A DNA stretch of 56,766 nt, the filler included, from Dugesia japonica (lineage: Eukaryota), in NCBI GenBank assembly GCA_001938525.1. It is 5 parts of 5 records of this genome, joined end to end, with 100 filler letters (N's around TTAATTAATTAA, not from the genome) between each part and the next. Parts side by side here need not be neighbours in the genome. Positions count along the whole stretch, not along the records: positions 1 to 9,014 come from MQRL01595487.1; positions 9,115 to 27,564 come from MQRL01608693.1; 3 more parts are not named here. One strand, written 5' to 3'. Positions 1 to 11,494 of the stretch are shown in pieces. A model generated the notes under the pieces. That model did no database searches. It saw nothing but the letters and a program-made list of their open reading frames with translations, and had not been told where the DNA came from. Position numbers and translations under genes: made by a program. The number at the start of each line of letters is the position of its first letter. The first letter of the stretch is position 1.

Positions 1-895
1 AAAAAAAACAAAAAATTTATTCAAATATGATCATGTCTTCACTTTTCAATAAATCATCTTGGTTCTGACAATTTAAACCTTGTAATTCCTGTCTCTTCAA
101 TTTAACTAAGACTAACGACCTCAACCTTTCATTTCTAGCAAAAGCTGTTTCATAGAAAGAACGTGTTTTATCGAGATATCCGGAACTAAAGGAATTTAAA
201 ACACATTCATTTGATATTTTTCTCAGTCATTTTTTACCAAATTAATTAGTTTATTTAAATCAGGCTTTATGAAATTCCCCATTAAATTTCTTGTCATTTC
301 TTGTCTTCTGATGATTTTAGAAGACAAAATAAACGAGAAGCTACACCAATTCATCATCCTGATTCAAAAAGAAATGATACCGCAATATATTATATTAAAC
401 ACATAACAAGACTAATATACAATAGATGTAGAGGTTTTTCAGCACCTAAAGACGAATTTCTTTTTTTTTCTGATAACTACAAGTGTTATGTTCGGGCAAT
501 TTAAAATCCATAAATATAAATCAATTGAAATGCCAATATTTTTATTGAATTTAAATTTCAACTCTTCTCTTAAAATATGATATTTAAAAAAATGATTTTG
601 TTTAAAGTATATTTTCAATTTAAAATGTAATATGATAAAAAAATTAATGTTTGAAAGTCTTTGGAATATGTGAACATTAATTTGAGTCTCTTGATTGATA
701 CCGTTTTTCTAATGCTATCCATGTCAATTTCAAATGTCTTTAAATCTGTACTCCTGTAGATGATACGATATGGTCTTTTGTATGGAGATTGAAGGCTTAT
801 TAAATTGGGTAATCGGAGTCAGATTTGTTCGCAATTTTGAAGAGCAGATGGACTAAAAATGGTTCTTTTTGTTATGTTGGATGGCTTTGCTCTCT

Positions 896-1962
896 AGTAG
901 GTAGAAACTTGCGCACGGCACCANGAGCCCCTCCCCGGGATAGAAAATTTTTAGTGGTGTATGAATTTTACGTGTATCTAGTGGGACAATTAAAATTGAT
1001 AAGAGGTGCGTATGTGATTATGTAATAGTGGTGTATGATATTTACATGTATTTAGTAGAGCGATAAAAATAGATAACATGTGTGCATGTGGTTACGTAAT
1101 AGTAGTGTATGAATTNTACGTGTATTTAGCGGGAACGATTTGATTACATAATTTTTGCTCGTATATTTTGTGTGTGCCTAGTTCAATTTTTTTTAATGAA
1201 TTTCTTTTATTTATTTGGATTTATTTTTCACGGAAAATATTTGGCGGAAAATTGAAATTTTTAAAATTACAAGTTATTTTTGTTGTCAAAATGGCTTAAT
1301 TAAAAATATCCGAAACAAATCAATCCATTGATATTATTTGTGATTAAGGTTAATTATTTAGGTTAGGGGGTACTACTCCTGACCTTTGTACTTTTAGAAA
1401 AAAAAAATTTTTAAAAATCGTAAATAAAAATTTTCAAAATTTTTTTCAAAAATAAAATTTCAATAAAAAAATTCAAAATAAACATTAAAAAAAATTTGAT
1501 ATAAAAAAGACAAAAAAAAATGAGGGGTACTCTATGACTTACCACCCACTCACAATATAAAGTGCAACCTATGANNNNNNNNNNNNNNNNNNNNNNNNNN
1601 NNNNNNNNNNNNNNNNNNNNNNNNATTATTTGTGATTAAGGTTAATTATTTAGGTTAGGGGGTACTACTCCTGACCTTTGTACTTTTAGAAAAAAAAATT
1701 TTTAAAAATCGTAAATAAAAATTTTCAAAAATTTTTTCAAAAATAAAATTTCAATAAAAAAATTCAAAATAAACATTAAAAAAAATTTGAAATAAAAAAG
1801 ACAAAAAAAAATGAGGGGTACTCTATGACTTACCACCCACTCACAATATAAAGTGCAACCTATGACTCATCACACTTCAAAACAATTTTGCCCGGTATTG
1901 TGGTTTTCCCTTCGAGGAAAACTTCAGTTCCCTTCAGTTTGGTGCGCTCATATCTACCTACT
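896..1962. mobile_element. Possible Polinton/Maverick-type termini facing each other, with subterminal repeats
   Basis: AGTAGGTAGAaacttGCGCAC at 896; reverse complement ending at 1962 reads AGTAGGTAGAtatgaGCGCAC. AGT starts are typical of Polinton TIRs. Similarity stops after about 21 nt, no TSD is seen, and an N gap lies between them. Confidence 0.35.
952..1150 (+). repeat. ~74-bp tandem repeat, about 2.5 copies
   Basis: Unit start tagt(g/a)gtgtatga recurs at about 952, 1026 and 1100. The tail (gtatttagcgggaacgatttgatta...ctagttcaatttttt) recurs near 36530-36600. Confidence 0.8.
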
Positions 1963-3458
1963 CTTATGGATTATGCCACACTAGCGAGGTAAAATTTTAA
2001 AATCGTATTGATATTTAATTAAATGCTAAAGTAATATACTTATCATTACTAATGTTATCATGTTGATTGAATGTCATATTAATATAATTATCGATTAGAA
2101 TTTTATTTATTTAGACTTTTAGGTTATAGGGAGTTTGAGTTGAGTGGGTTTATAGTGACGGTCTATGTGGCTCCTTTATAATTTATCATAATCATTATTT
2201 AATGTTATAAATTACTGAGTAATCAGGTTAGCTTTAGCTGTTAGTTATAAACTAAATTATCATTTTATTTGCACGATTATTTAAGTAAATTAACCAATTA
2301 CGGATACCTTATTGACGTAATTACATTACATTATATGTTAGTCGTGAGTTCATATTAAGTTTTTTTAGAAAGAAGATAAAAATCTCCTATGAAAAAATCT
2401 ACGAAATATTTGCGGTTATTCACGAAGTCTTTTATTACGTTGATTATTAAGTGCACTTAAGAAAAAAGATACCCAGCTTCTAGGGACTGAGACCAGATAC
2501 GATGAAATNNNNNNNNNNNNNNNNNNNNNNNNNNNNNNNNNNNNNNNNNNNNNNNNNNNNNNNNNNNNNNNNNNNNNNNNNNNNNNNNNNNNNNNNNNNN
2601 NNGCTTAGAGACCAGTTAGTTTTAGAATAAATAAGAATGACTAGAAATTAAATAAGATAGTTTAATCTTGGACTCCATGTAAACAACAAAGTCACAAAAT
2701 AAATTAATCAAACCGAGGATCTATAGCATCTTATTAGCGCATTACAGATACCTCGAGCTACCGTAGATCATACGCACCAAAAACCCGCCGAAAGTAAGGT
2801 GAACTGCACTTTCATTGAACCTACTACAAAATTCTTTGTTGGCATCCTATGAACATGACTGAGCCCTACCATCCGTTTGTGAGATGATATTATTGTTGGG
2901 GTGAAACACCCAGTTGGAAAAGAAAATCAATTGAATACTAATATTATAACAATCATACTAATAAAAGAAGAAAATCAAAAAGAAAAATAAAACTGCAGAA
3001 AGGAAACACCAGATAAATGAATTCAACCCAAATCAATTTTTACAATTAAAGAAAATATAATTATTAATAAAAAAATAAGTAAATGATCGGCAAAATAATA
3101 ATTAATTAACGAAGAAAAAATTAATTAATTTTTTTGAAATTGGTCAAAAAATCGGTTTTTGAAGGATATCTTTGTCCCAAAAAATTGCACGAGGCCCTAG
3201 CAAAAAAATCTGTAAAGGAAATGATACGGGGCAATAGGATTTTGCAACAAAGAAACGTTATCAACATTGTAAGGTTCAGGAAAAGGGTTGAAATAATGGG
3301 TCAATAAGAGGCCTGAAAAGAAACATAAAACAAAGCCATGAAAATACGAAGGTGCTCTAAAAATAGGCATCAATAAGGCATCAGAAAATTGTCAAAATTT
3401 TTAGAATTGAACACAAAATACCAATGAAAAACAAGAAACTGAAAACAAAAATAGCCGG

Positions 3459-3504
3459 CCAATGCGGTAAGAATTGAGTTGCATCTGGAATGGTATATAA
3501 ACCC
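3459..3504 (+). promoter_or_regulatory. Promoter: CCAAT box, GAGTTGCAT, TATATAAACCC
   Basis: CCAAT at 3459 and TATATAAA at 3494. Same motifs and the same 35-nt spacing on the minus strand at 40472/40437. Confidence 0.75.
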
Positions 3505-3816
3505 CCTGAATTTTAGAAGAAGCAACAACAGAAATTTTTGTAATTCACCTGGTGTTAACAGTGAACTAATCAAACTTTCTTAACTATTATTGAAAAAGGA
3601 ATCGAGGAGTAATTTAGTAAATAACAATCATGAAATAGCCATAAGTCTGTATTTTAATTTCAACAATCGACGTACTATTATTTATATTGTTATCAGAACA
3701 AGTATCAACTTTTCAGTCAAGTGTGGAAACAGTAACTAGCATCAGAATATTAGCAAAACTATCGAACAAGAAAGTTTCAGTGTTTTCCCCTCGTTGCAGT
3801 TAAATCCTATATTGAA

Positions 3817-3823
3817 AGTGAGC
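3817..3823 (+). promoter_or_regulatory. Leader-exon splice donor (ttgaaA|GTGAGC)
   Basis: GTGAG donor followed by T-rich sequence. The homologous position in the minus-strand copy is ctataA|GTAAGT (40143|40142), preceded by the shared tcagtgtt...cgttgc(c)ag motif. Confidence 0.7.
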
Positions 3824-4779
3824 TGAAGTTTTTGTTTATTAATTCTTGATTGTAAAAAAATTAATTTTATGCGTCAAAAATATAAGGATTCATTTCATAA
3901 TTATTCAGTTATTTATTCTATTTTTAGATTTAGTTATAATATTTAGTGATATAGTTATCGACATATAATGCCAGTATCAGGTGTATGATATAGACGTTGA
4001 TCAATTGCCTGAAATCATAATTTCCATTAACACGCAATCCACAATATCATCTAGCTCAATTCCAGTTGTTTAACAATTAACGAGTAGAATGATGTATCAT
4101 GCATCTACACAGGCAAAAGCAAGATTACCTCCACATGCTCACTAGCAAAGATAACGCGTGTATAAGTCTCCAGCCGGAGTTACTAACAACAAGAAAATCA
4201 ATATAAATTATTTGTGTTGACACGACTATATAGATTCATTCAGTTACTCGGTTTGTTATATACTTAGATAAATCGTGCAAATACCATATTAGGTATTCCG
4301 TGATCCTGCCAAAGCCTACCATTTTTTGGGCGAAAGCAAATAAATTCTAATTGATGTGTCGTAAACCATAATTCAAATTTCACAGATAGTTTCCTAGATT
4401 TTTAAACAGCAACTGAATCAATCATCTACTTATCAGTAGAATTACTAACCCAGAGAATCAACCTAATTTCCATGCATAGCTGAGAATAGTCATTTATAAC
4501 TCTGCCAGGCAGATTGATCACACACCAGTTAGATTGGAATGGCACACATGCTCAACTACAGAAAAATTTCCACACCAGGTGGCAATTAGCCTAGTAAATG
4601 TTAAATGAATTGATTCCGACATCATTATTAACATGTTTAGCAATCGTACATATCGAGGCAAGTTCATTTTGCAAATATAACAATTAAGCTATGCTGTTCC
4701 TACCTTATGTTTAGCCTCATTTAAAGCATTATTACAATGCGTATTATTAATCATAAGATGACTATTAGTGCTGCTAGTA

Positions 4780-4988
4780 CGAACAATTATAGTATATATC
4801 ACCATCATCAATATCATTTACTATTAAATTAATTTCTATTTATCCCTATTTGTCCTATGAACATTATTATTGTTCATATTATCGTTATTACTGGTATTAT
4901 GTCGTTTGTTATTATAAACATGATTATAGGTCTTACGATTATTAGCATTATCATAGTTGCTGTTATTTCTAGCATAATTATTATTATG

Positions 4989-5021
<33 letters not shown>

Positions 5022-5070
5022 GTTACTATTAGAGTTATTATCATTATGATTAATATTAATTACTATTGCG
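4780..5070. repeat. Degenerate (ATT)n microsatellite inside the LTR-like unit
   Basis: Visible triplet repeat; produces the spurious poly-Ile and poly-Asn ORFs. Confidence 0.9.
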
Positions 5071-5432
5071 GTTGCTGGCAATACTGATATATAATTCCAA
5101 TGTTTTATTACTATTCAGATTAAGATCATTATTAACACTAATAATATATGTTTACAGGGATTTACTAATGTTCTAATTAAAATAATGATTAACCACATTG
5201 TCATGCAAAGCGCACTTATCTAAAACCCCACACGATCGTTCCGGCAAATTTAGCACTATTATAGTCTTCATTTTATATACAGCCTATTTAACATGCTATG
5301 AGTATAATCGGGATCCTGTCAACATTGAGTTACCAATGTATGCTTCCAGGTTACCAGTTGTTATAATTAACACCGAATGGAAACTCGTGTCACTATAATT
5401 TAGTTATAATTTAGGTCTATAATTTATTTTAG

Positions 5433-5621
5433 ATGTCTGTAATTTTGAAAGATACTCTGAGATTTATACGTCGGGAAAGACAACGTGCACGCCGTAAGCA
5501 ATTAATCTGTCATCTTCTCTTCCCCGGTATAATTCTTTCCCCAGATGAATTAGATTTGCAATGTTTTAAGTAATTGTATTTTCTGCCATGGGAAGTAGAT
5601 ATAGATGCTGACACGGAATAG
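5433..5621 (+). pseudogene. Cassette A: ~62-aa unknown protein with one internal stop
   Basis: ttttag|ATG. Reads MSVILKDTLRFIRRERQRARRKQLICHLLFPGIILSPDELDLQCFK*LYFLPWEVDIDADTE. Homolog at 38796-38964 (minus). Confidence 0.7.
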
Positions 5622-5796
5622 TTCAATTTTGATGATCAAGAATTTATTACTGTGATTTGTATTGTAGAATTAATATAGTTGCTAGTTAAAATTTGTTTTG
5701 CTTTTCCAAATTATTAATGTCATAGGCCCATGTTGGTTGGGGTCATCATAATTTCTACTTAATTTATTTAATTTGTCGTTTATTTTTTCTTTATAG

Positions 5797-6217
5797 TGGA
5801 ATACAAGTGGGATATCCTTTTAGATCGATCAACCGGTTGGACTGTATTTAAAAGGTATAGGAACCAACACAATCGAGATGCGGGGGTTCTAGTAGACCGA
5901 TCCAACTTATCGGTGGAAGAAATAAACGATGAGCGGCAGTGGGATTCTAATGAGTATCGAGCTTATTACACTTGGAATGGCCCTGATCGCTCACGGGCAG
6001 TTTATCATGCGGTCACGACCACGCAGATAGACATTAATGGAGAACCGCGAATAATTCGGGAATGGTAGGAAGGCCCTTCTGTTGTTGATATTACTACCAA
6101 CCAGCTACCAATTTTTTTCCAATTTAAGTGCATTCGTACAAAATCATTTATGGAATATTCGAAATTCTGAGGAGGGAAGTAGATAAGAGAACGTTCCAAA
6201 TGTCACCCATGATGTAA
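5797..6217 (+). pseudogene. Cassette B: unknown protein, split A|TG start, 90 aa open then stop and probable frameshift
   Basis: ttatag|TG GAA TAC. 32 of 76 identities, gap-free, with the ORF at 38636-38340 (minus). Similarity continues past the TAG at 6066 (W*EGP vs WCDGP). AATAAA at 6257. Confidence 0.75.
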
Positions 6218-6415
6218 CCCCAACCTGATTTTCATTATGACCTTTCAATAGTTGTTAATAAAAACTTTCTTGTCATAATTACATTTTTTTGTGTTACGTT
6301 TATTTACTATTTATTCTTGTCTTAATAAATAAAGTAGTGAGCAACCATCTTTTAAAAAGGTTTTTCGTTGTAGAAGTCTGCTTTCTGTACTTATTGGCGT
6401 CATTTTATTTTATAG

Positions 6416-6774
6416 TGCACTCTTCACTAAATCAGTCAACTGCTCCTACAAAAAAGGTGAGAGAAACGAGCGAGAACCTAGAAATGACCTGGGACGTTTA
6501 CAAATTAGCTAAGCGTCGTTGGGAGACGGATACCACTACTGCGGAAAGCAAGGTGAGCCGGTATAAAAATAAGCGCATAGCGTTTAGAAAAGAAGCCGAG
6601 GCCTCACATGAACAAGAACGGCTATGGAAAAGTCAGGTTGAGTCTTTTGCCGAAATTATCCGGTCCCTCCATGACCGTGAAAATAAACTGGTGTCCGATA
6701 TTTTGACTTTAAAAAAGGCCATGCCGCTCGAGCCGCTGATGATCGATAAGGGCATGCAAACTTCACGGCCCTGA
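6416..6774 (+). CDS. Cassette C: 119-aa predicted coiled-coil protein, split A|TG start
   Basis: ttttatag|TG CAC TCT, open to TGA, AATAAA at 6800. Gap-free similarity to 10582-10242 (minus). The first ~42 aa of the called 161-aa ORF look intronic. Confidence 0.7.
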
Positions 6775-6921
6775 TCTTTTATGAGCTTATAGTTTTGTAA
6801 ATAAATGACTTTTGGATTTATATTAACTTGCCTTCCAGTTGTTTATGTTGATTTTAAGAATTTTCTTTTTAATTAAATATTAATAGTAATCGGACCACCT
6901 TATAATTTTAATTTGTTTTAG

Positions 6922-7253
6922 TGCCACGAATCCAGTTACCCGCCAGTTTGCGTAGGTGTTATCGAATGATCCAAAGGTTGCTTCTAGAGTCCCACGTTAA
7001 GCAAAAAAACGAAAGAGCGTTGTCACGACACTTGACCCAGAGAAATCTCCTCATTAAAAAACGTGACCTAATCGTCAGAAAGCAGAGTGAAATTATCGAG
7101 CAGACCAAACAACTGCTCACGCATAAAATCAAATTCTTAGAACAATATATTACGGATTTGGCTAACCGGCTAGAACAAGAGGCGGGGACTCGCTGGAATA
7201 GCGAGGATGATGACACCGCTTTTGGCTTCTCATCTGAAGAGCCTACTCAGTGA
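6922..7253 (+). CDS. Cassette D: 110-aa predicted coiled-coil protein with acidic tail, split A|TG start
   Basis: tgttttag|TG CCA CGA, open ORF with heptad-like L/I pattern, AATAAA at 7293. Confidence 0.65.
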
Positions 7254-9014
7254 TTAGACTCGGGTGCTCTCAATTTCATGTGATTAATTNGTAATAAATT
7301 TTTGTATAGAATCATGTTCATTTAATTTACAAATAACCATAAAGGGAAAATAGTGAACCCGAAACAAAGGTATACCGGTGTGTACCCCAGATAAATATGG
7401 GGGTCAACCGCTCTGTACTGAAAATCTAATTAGGGACATTAGATAAATTCTTGAACGGGTCCTCTGAGGGCTGTCTTTTCCCCAGCCACAATTTTTCTAT
7501 ACCTCAACTCAGGTGGAACCCCAACATTATTATTATTATTAAATTAATATTGTTTTACTAATTTTGTTTTACTAGTTCTAATTCTTTTCTTATTTTTTCT
7601 CATTTTATCAGCAATTTATTATTATTTTTTAAGTAATCTAACTTTTCTGAACTTGATTTTTGTAAATTTAATATGATGTTTTCAAATAATTTCTGGAAAA
7701 TTACAATCGAAATTCGAGCTAAATAGACATGAAAATAATCAAATAAAAAAAATATTTTATTGATTAAAAATTTTTATTAATTCACCATTATAAATTTATA
7801 TTTTTACATAATCATGTAACAAAGATCTGTTATGCTTAATTGAGCAATGATCAGCTCATTATAATTATTTTCTAATATTCAAATGTCGAATACAAATTAG
7901 ATTTCGTAAAAATATACAAAATTTTTAAATTTATGTATTGAATTATAATTTCAAAATTTTATATTTTAAAATTTCCTCCTTAAAACAAAATTACTAAATT
8001 AACAATATTACCAATAATATATGAAGAATAAAAATAAAGAGAAAATGAAGTGATGAAGAAAAAGAAAANNNNNNNNNNNNNNNNNNNNNNNNNNNNNNNN
8101 NNNNNNNNNNNNNNNNNNNNNNNNNNNNNNNNNNNNNNNNNNNNNNNNNNNNNNNNNNNNNNNNNNNNNNNNNNNNNNNNNNNNNNNNNNNNNNNNNNNN
8201 NNNNNNNNNNNNNNNNNNCAAAGAAGAAATTGGTCAAATTATATCAAAAGGAGAATTAATGAATTTTCACAGTTTAATCCAACGAGAACTTTTTTAGATC
8301 ATGTTTTAATTTGTGATGATAGAAATTCAAAAATTTCTACTGATAAATTTTTTATTGGAAAAGTAGAATGTTTTTTTGATAAATTTATCCAATAAAATAT
8401 GGAGGAGTTTTAATATAATAAAATTAAATCAGCAACATTTTCAACCTAATCGAGTAGTTACATAGTAGCACTCCCGCTTATCCACCCGGGCGAGAAATTT
8501 ATTTTCAGGTCGACCTTTTTATTCATAAATATTTAGTAAAAATTTTGTAAAAACTTTTCTATTTTTGACAATTTGAAAAGTGACCAATACACACACAAAA
8601 AAAAACTTTTCCCCGGTCTTTTATCATGGCACTCATCATTCGAAGCAAAATTTTACTGCGATTAAAAATATTATAGTTAAAAGTCAAGATTATATATATA
8701 CAACCAATTAAATGAAAAATAACATTACAATTCTTCATGAGGTCTATTAACATTGAAANNNNNNNNNNNNNNNNNNNNNNNNNAACATTAAATTAATAAT
8801 ACTTGCACAGAAAAAATTAAATGCAAATGACATTGCAATTCTCTTGGAGGAATATTAACATTGAACAAAAAAAAGCAGTAAATAACAAAATTTTCAAACT
8901 AATATCTATTCAAATTAAATCTTGTTTTCTATCCATCTGGTTGAGCTGTCTGGAACTTGTTAGTTGAATTGCTAAAAAATAAAAATTAAATAATTTCAAT
9001 TAACAAATAAAAAT

Positions 9015-9114
9015 NNNNNNNNNNNNNNNNNNNNNNNNNNNNNNNNNNNNNNNNNNNNTTAATTAATTAANNNNNNNNNNNNNNNNNNNNNNNNNNNNNN
9101 NNNNNNNNNNNNNN
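9015..9114. other. Artificial 100-nt spacer N44-TTAATTAATTAA-N44
   Basis: Six-frame stop linker at 9059-9070; identical layout four times in the window. Confidence 0.97.
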
Positions 9115-10241
9115 TATTTTCAAACAATTATTTTGTGAAAAGTGTTTAAATGAATAAAAAATTTTTATATTAAATGTAAAGTTGTTTTGGAAAATTATTG
9201 TGTAGGTGTATCAAACCTACCGGTGTAAAATCAGTATAAATACTGATTAGTTTTCATTGTTAATCAGACATTTCAATTATTGAAGGCTCCAACCTATCAG
9301 GGCGGTAGTACTTCATATAATTAAAACTAGTCTGATAAGGAAACTAGTTTACACTTATTGTTATACATCAAAAATAATAAAAGGTATTTTAAAAGGGCTT
9401 ATTTGATTTATTTATATAAGGTTACACAATATATCACTTTATTTATATTGTCATATATTGTTTATATAATACAGTATAGACATACATACAGGGATAANNN
9501 NNNNNNNNNNNNNNNNNNNNNNNNNNNNNNNNNNNNNNNNNNNNNNNGTGTATCAAACCTACCGGTGTAAAATCAGTATAAATACTGATTACTTTTCATT
9601 GTAAATCAGACATTTCAATTATTGAAGGCTCCAACCTATCAGGGCGGCAGTACTTCATATAATTAAAACTAGTCTGATAAGGAAACTAGTTTACACTTAT
9701 TGTTATACATCAAAAATAATAAAAGGTATTTTAAAAGGGCTTATTTGATTTATTTATATAAGGTTACACAATATATCACTTTATTTATATTGTCATATAT
9801 TGTTTATATAATACAGTATAGACATACATACAGGGATAAAAACTAACACCCATAAAATCTCAATTATATTTTATTGTCATCAATAGTAAATACGAACCAT
9901 AAAATCTTTTGTTGAGTTGTAATACCCAACATATTTAAAAACAATAATTTATTAAAATATCGAAATACAATTATTTTTTTATGAACTCTTAATTAACATT
10001 CTAAAGCTCCTTTCTATTAATATTAAAAAAAATTCTTTTATCTTTTTTTACAAATAAAAATTTTTTAAAAATTACTTTATTGATATTATTTTTTTAAAAA
10101 AAATTTAATTATTGAAAATAACGTTAATCTCAAATAGAAAGAAAGTGAAGTCTTCAATCACTTTCAAAAGAAACATAATATGTTTCAAGAAAAACACCAT
10201 ATTAAATGGAAAACAATAAGAAAAAGCTACATTTCTACACT

Positions 10242-10582
10242 TCACAGAAAAAAACACGAACAAATACTAAATAAAGAGGATAAACCTAAGATTAACGTTA
10301 TTTCATCCTTTAGGTTTCTGTATAGCAGCCACAGGGCTCTCAAATTGTTGAATACAGTCGCTTCTCTGTCAGCATAGACTTTGATAGTTTCTGCCATCAA
10401 CCGGTTGGCTTGGTGGAGCGCCAACTCCTTCTCTTTTAATTGTTGATATTTTGACGCCTGTTATGTCGTCTGGCTCTTTAATTACAGCACTTTGTTCTGC
10501 AGCTCTCTGCGCTCTTCTTTCCATTTCGTCTGCATAGTAATCACATCTCTTCTAGATATTTTGCTATCGGGCGTTGAATTCA
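10242..10582 (-). pseudogene. Cassette C homolog (coiled coil), split A|TG start, two internal TAA stops
   Basis: gattttag|TG AAT TCA gives MNSTPDSKISRRDVITMQTKWKEERRELQNKVL*LKSQTT*QASKYQQLKEKELALHQANRLMAETIKVYADRE, sharing W-x9-KV-x3-K...ExE...AExI-x4-DRE with 6416-6774. Confidence 0.7.
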
Positions 10583-11071
10583 CTAAAATCATAAGAGTTA
10601 TTTTTAAAATCGACTACCCAACAAAATAACAATTGAAATTCATAAACGAAAAATTTTAAGATTGTTTTAATTATTTTTGACATTCATAAACACTTCTACT
10701 AAATCTATTATTTTTAATAATGATAACGATAATGAAACCTTGATTAATACTTTGTAACTACCCAAATAAAAATCGTTTCATGATAACAACCTAATAATTT
10801 TAGCTCAATTTGATACCGGTTAAACTAATCGTCATGGTTGTTAGTACTTTTCCTTACAACAATCACATTTAATCATGTTCTGATTAACTGATAAAATTTT
10901 CTCGTCCTAGCGTCTACGAAAGGTTTATTTTTAAACAAAAATCACTGAAAATTATTCAAAGACTGCCTCTGTGGCTCATCGTGAAATACATATCACTTTC
11001 TTTTACTCCAACGATAATTCAAAAAAAATAAAATCAAACGAAAATCTCTCAATTAACAAATTTCCACTTTT

Positions 11072-11494
11072 TTATTTTTTATCTACAGATGGATTTGTGA
11101 CAGAACCGCTCAGACTCATCAAATCCCTCACAATTGCCCATTTTTCCTCTTCAGTCTGTGATTCCAACATGGCATTCTCCGAAAAACTGCATTGTATATC
11201 GACTTCTGGTTTATGGTTATCTAACAGAGATGTTTCCGACTCGGTGTTCTCGATAACAGCCATAATCTGACCCCTTTGGTTCGTGAGAAGCTTTAAATTC
11301 GCCTTCATGATTGCAATCCGCTGATTTGCAATATCTAAATCTGCTCTTACATTGATGACATCGTCTGCATAATATCTTTTTTCATTCCTCAACATCTCCT
11401 GGACCTCTGACCATTCGATGTAATATCGCCCGCTGTCGTCTATATACGGCCAAATATAACGGGGCCTTCTGCTTGCTCGTCTAGTTTTATGCAT
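11072..11494 (-). CDS. Cassette E: 140-aa unknown protein with coiled-coil middle
   Basis: Open ORF, GC-richer than flanks; ATG directly follows an acceptor-like tttattag. Confidence 0.6.
   Translation of the reverse strand: MHKTRRASRRPRYIWPYIDDSGRYYIEWSEVQEMLRNEKRYYADDVINVRADLDIANQRIAIMKANLKLLTNQRGQIMAVIENTESETSLLDNHKPEVDIQCSFSENAMLESQTEEEKWAIVRDLMSLSGSVTNPSVDKK

Larger units (their letters stand above)
2894..7526 (+). mobile_element. Complete ~4.6-kb giant solo-LTR-like unit (Gypsy type; resembles the long LTRs reported for planarian Burro elements)
   Basis: Starts TGTTGGGGT and ends ACCCCAACA (9-bp inverted ends). TTAT on both flanks (2890-2893, 7527-7530). Internal CCAAT/TATA promoter and AATAAA signals. 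No transposase or RT. Related termini at 42052, 44471, 46930 and 56547. Confidence 0.8.

Noticed and set aside
952-1150. CRISPR-like periodic repeats (also 36120-37270 and 41595-41860)
   Set aside because: The intervening sequences are themselves similar, there are no cas genes, and the context is eukaryotic.
1333-1865. Near-exact direct duplications flanking N gaps (also about 9206-9838, 36180-37353, 42157-42734, 55260-55803)
   Set aside because: Near-identical copies on either side of a gap are typical unmerged contig overlaps, not LTRs or real tandem duplications.
4836-5087. Poly-Asn and poly-Ile ORFs (also 29165-29431 and 56455-56676)
   Set aside because: Translations of ATT microsatellites.
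5797-6925. SL trans-splicing as the source of the start codons
   Set aside because: Flatworm spliced leaders end in a full AUG, which would put AG|TG cassettes out of frame (for B: AUG UGG AAU ... early UAG). A cis leader ending in A fits all three.
2894-7526. Ginger-type DNA transposon (TGT ends, 4-bp TSD)
   Set aside because: Inverted ends are only 9 bp and there is no transposase. A solo LTR is more parsimonious, though no linked gag-pol is visible here to prove it.
7980-8259. ORFs spanning N runs (here and elsewhere)
   Set aside because: Open only because of Ns.
10440-10500. TAA read as Gln (alternative genetic code)
   Set aside because: The DEG/ENaC and PH genes have no in-frame TAA/TAG; the stops fit ordinary CAA>TAA decay.
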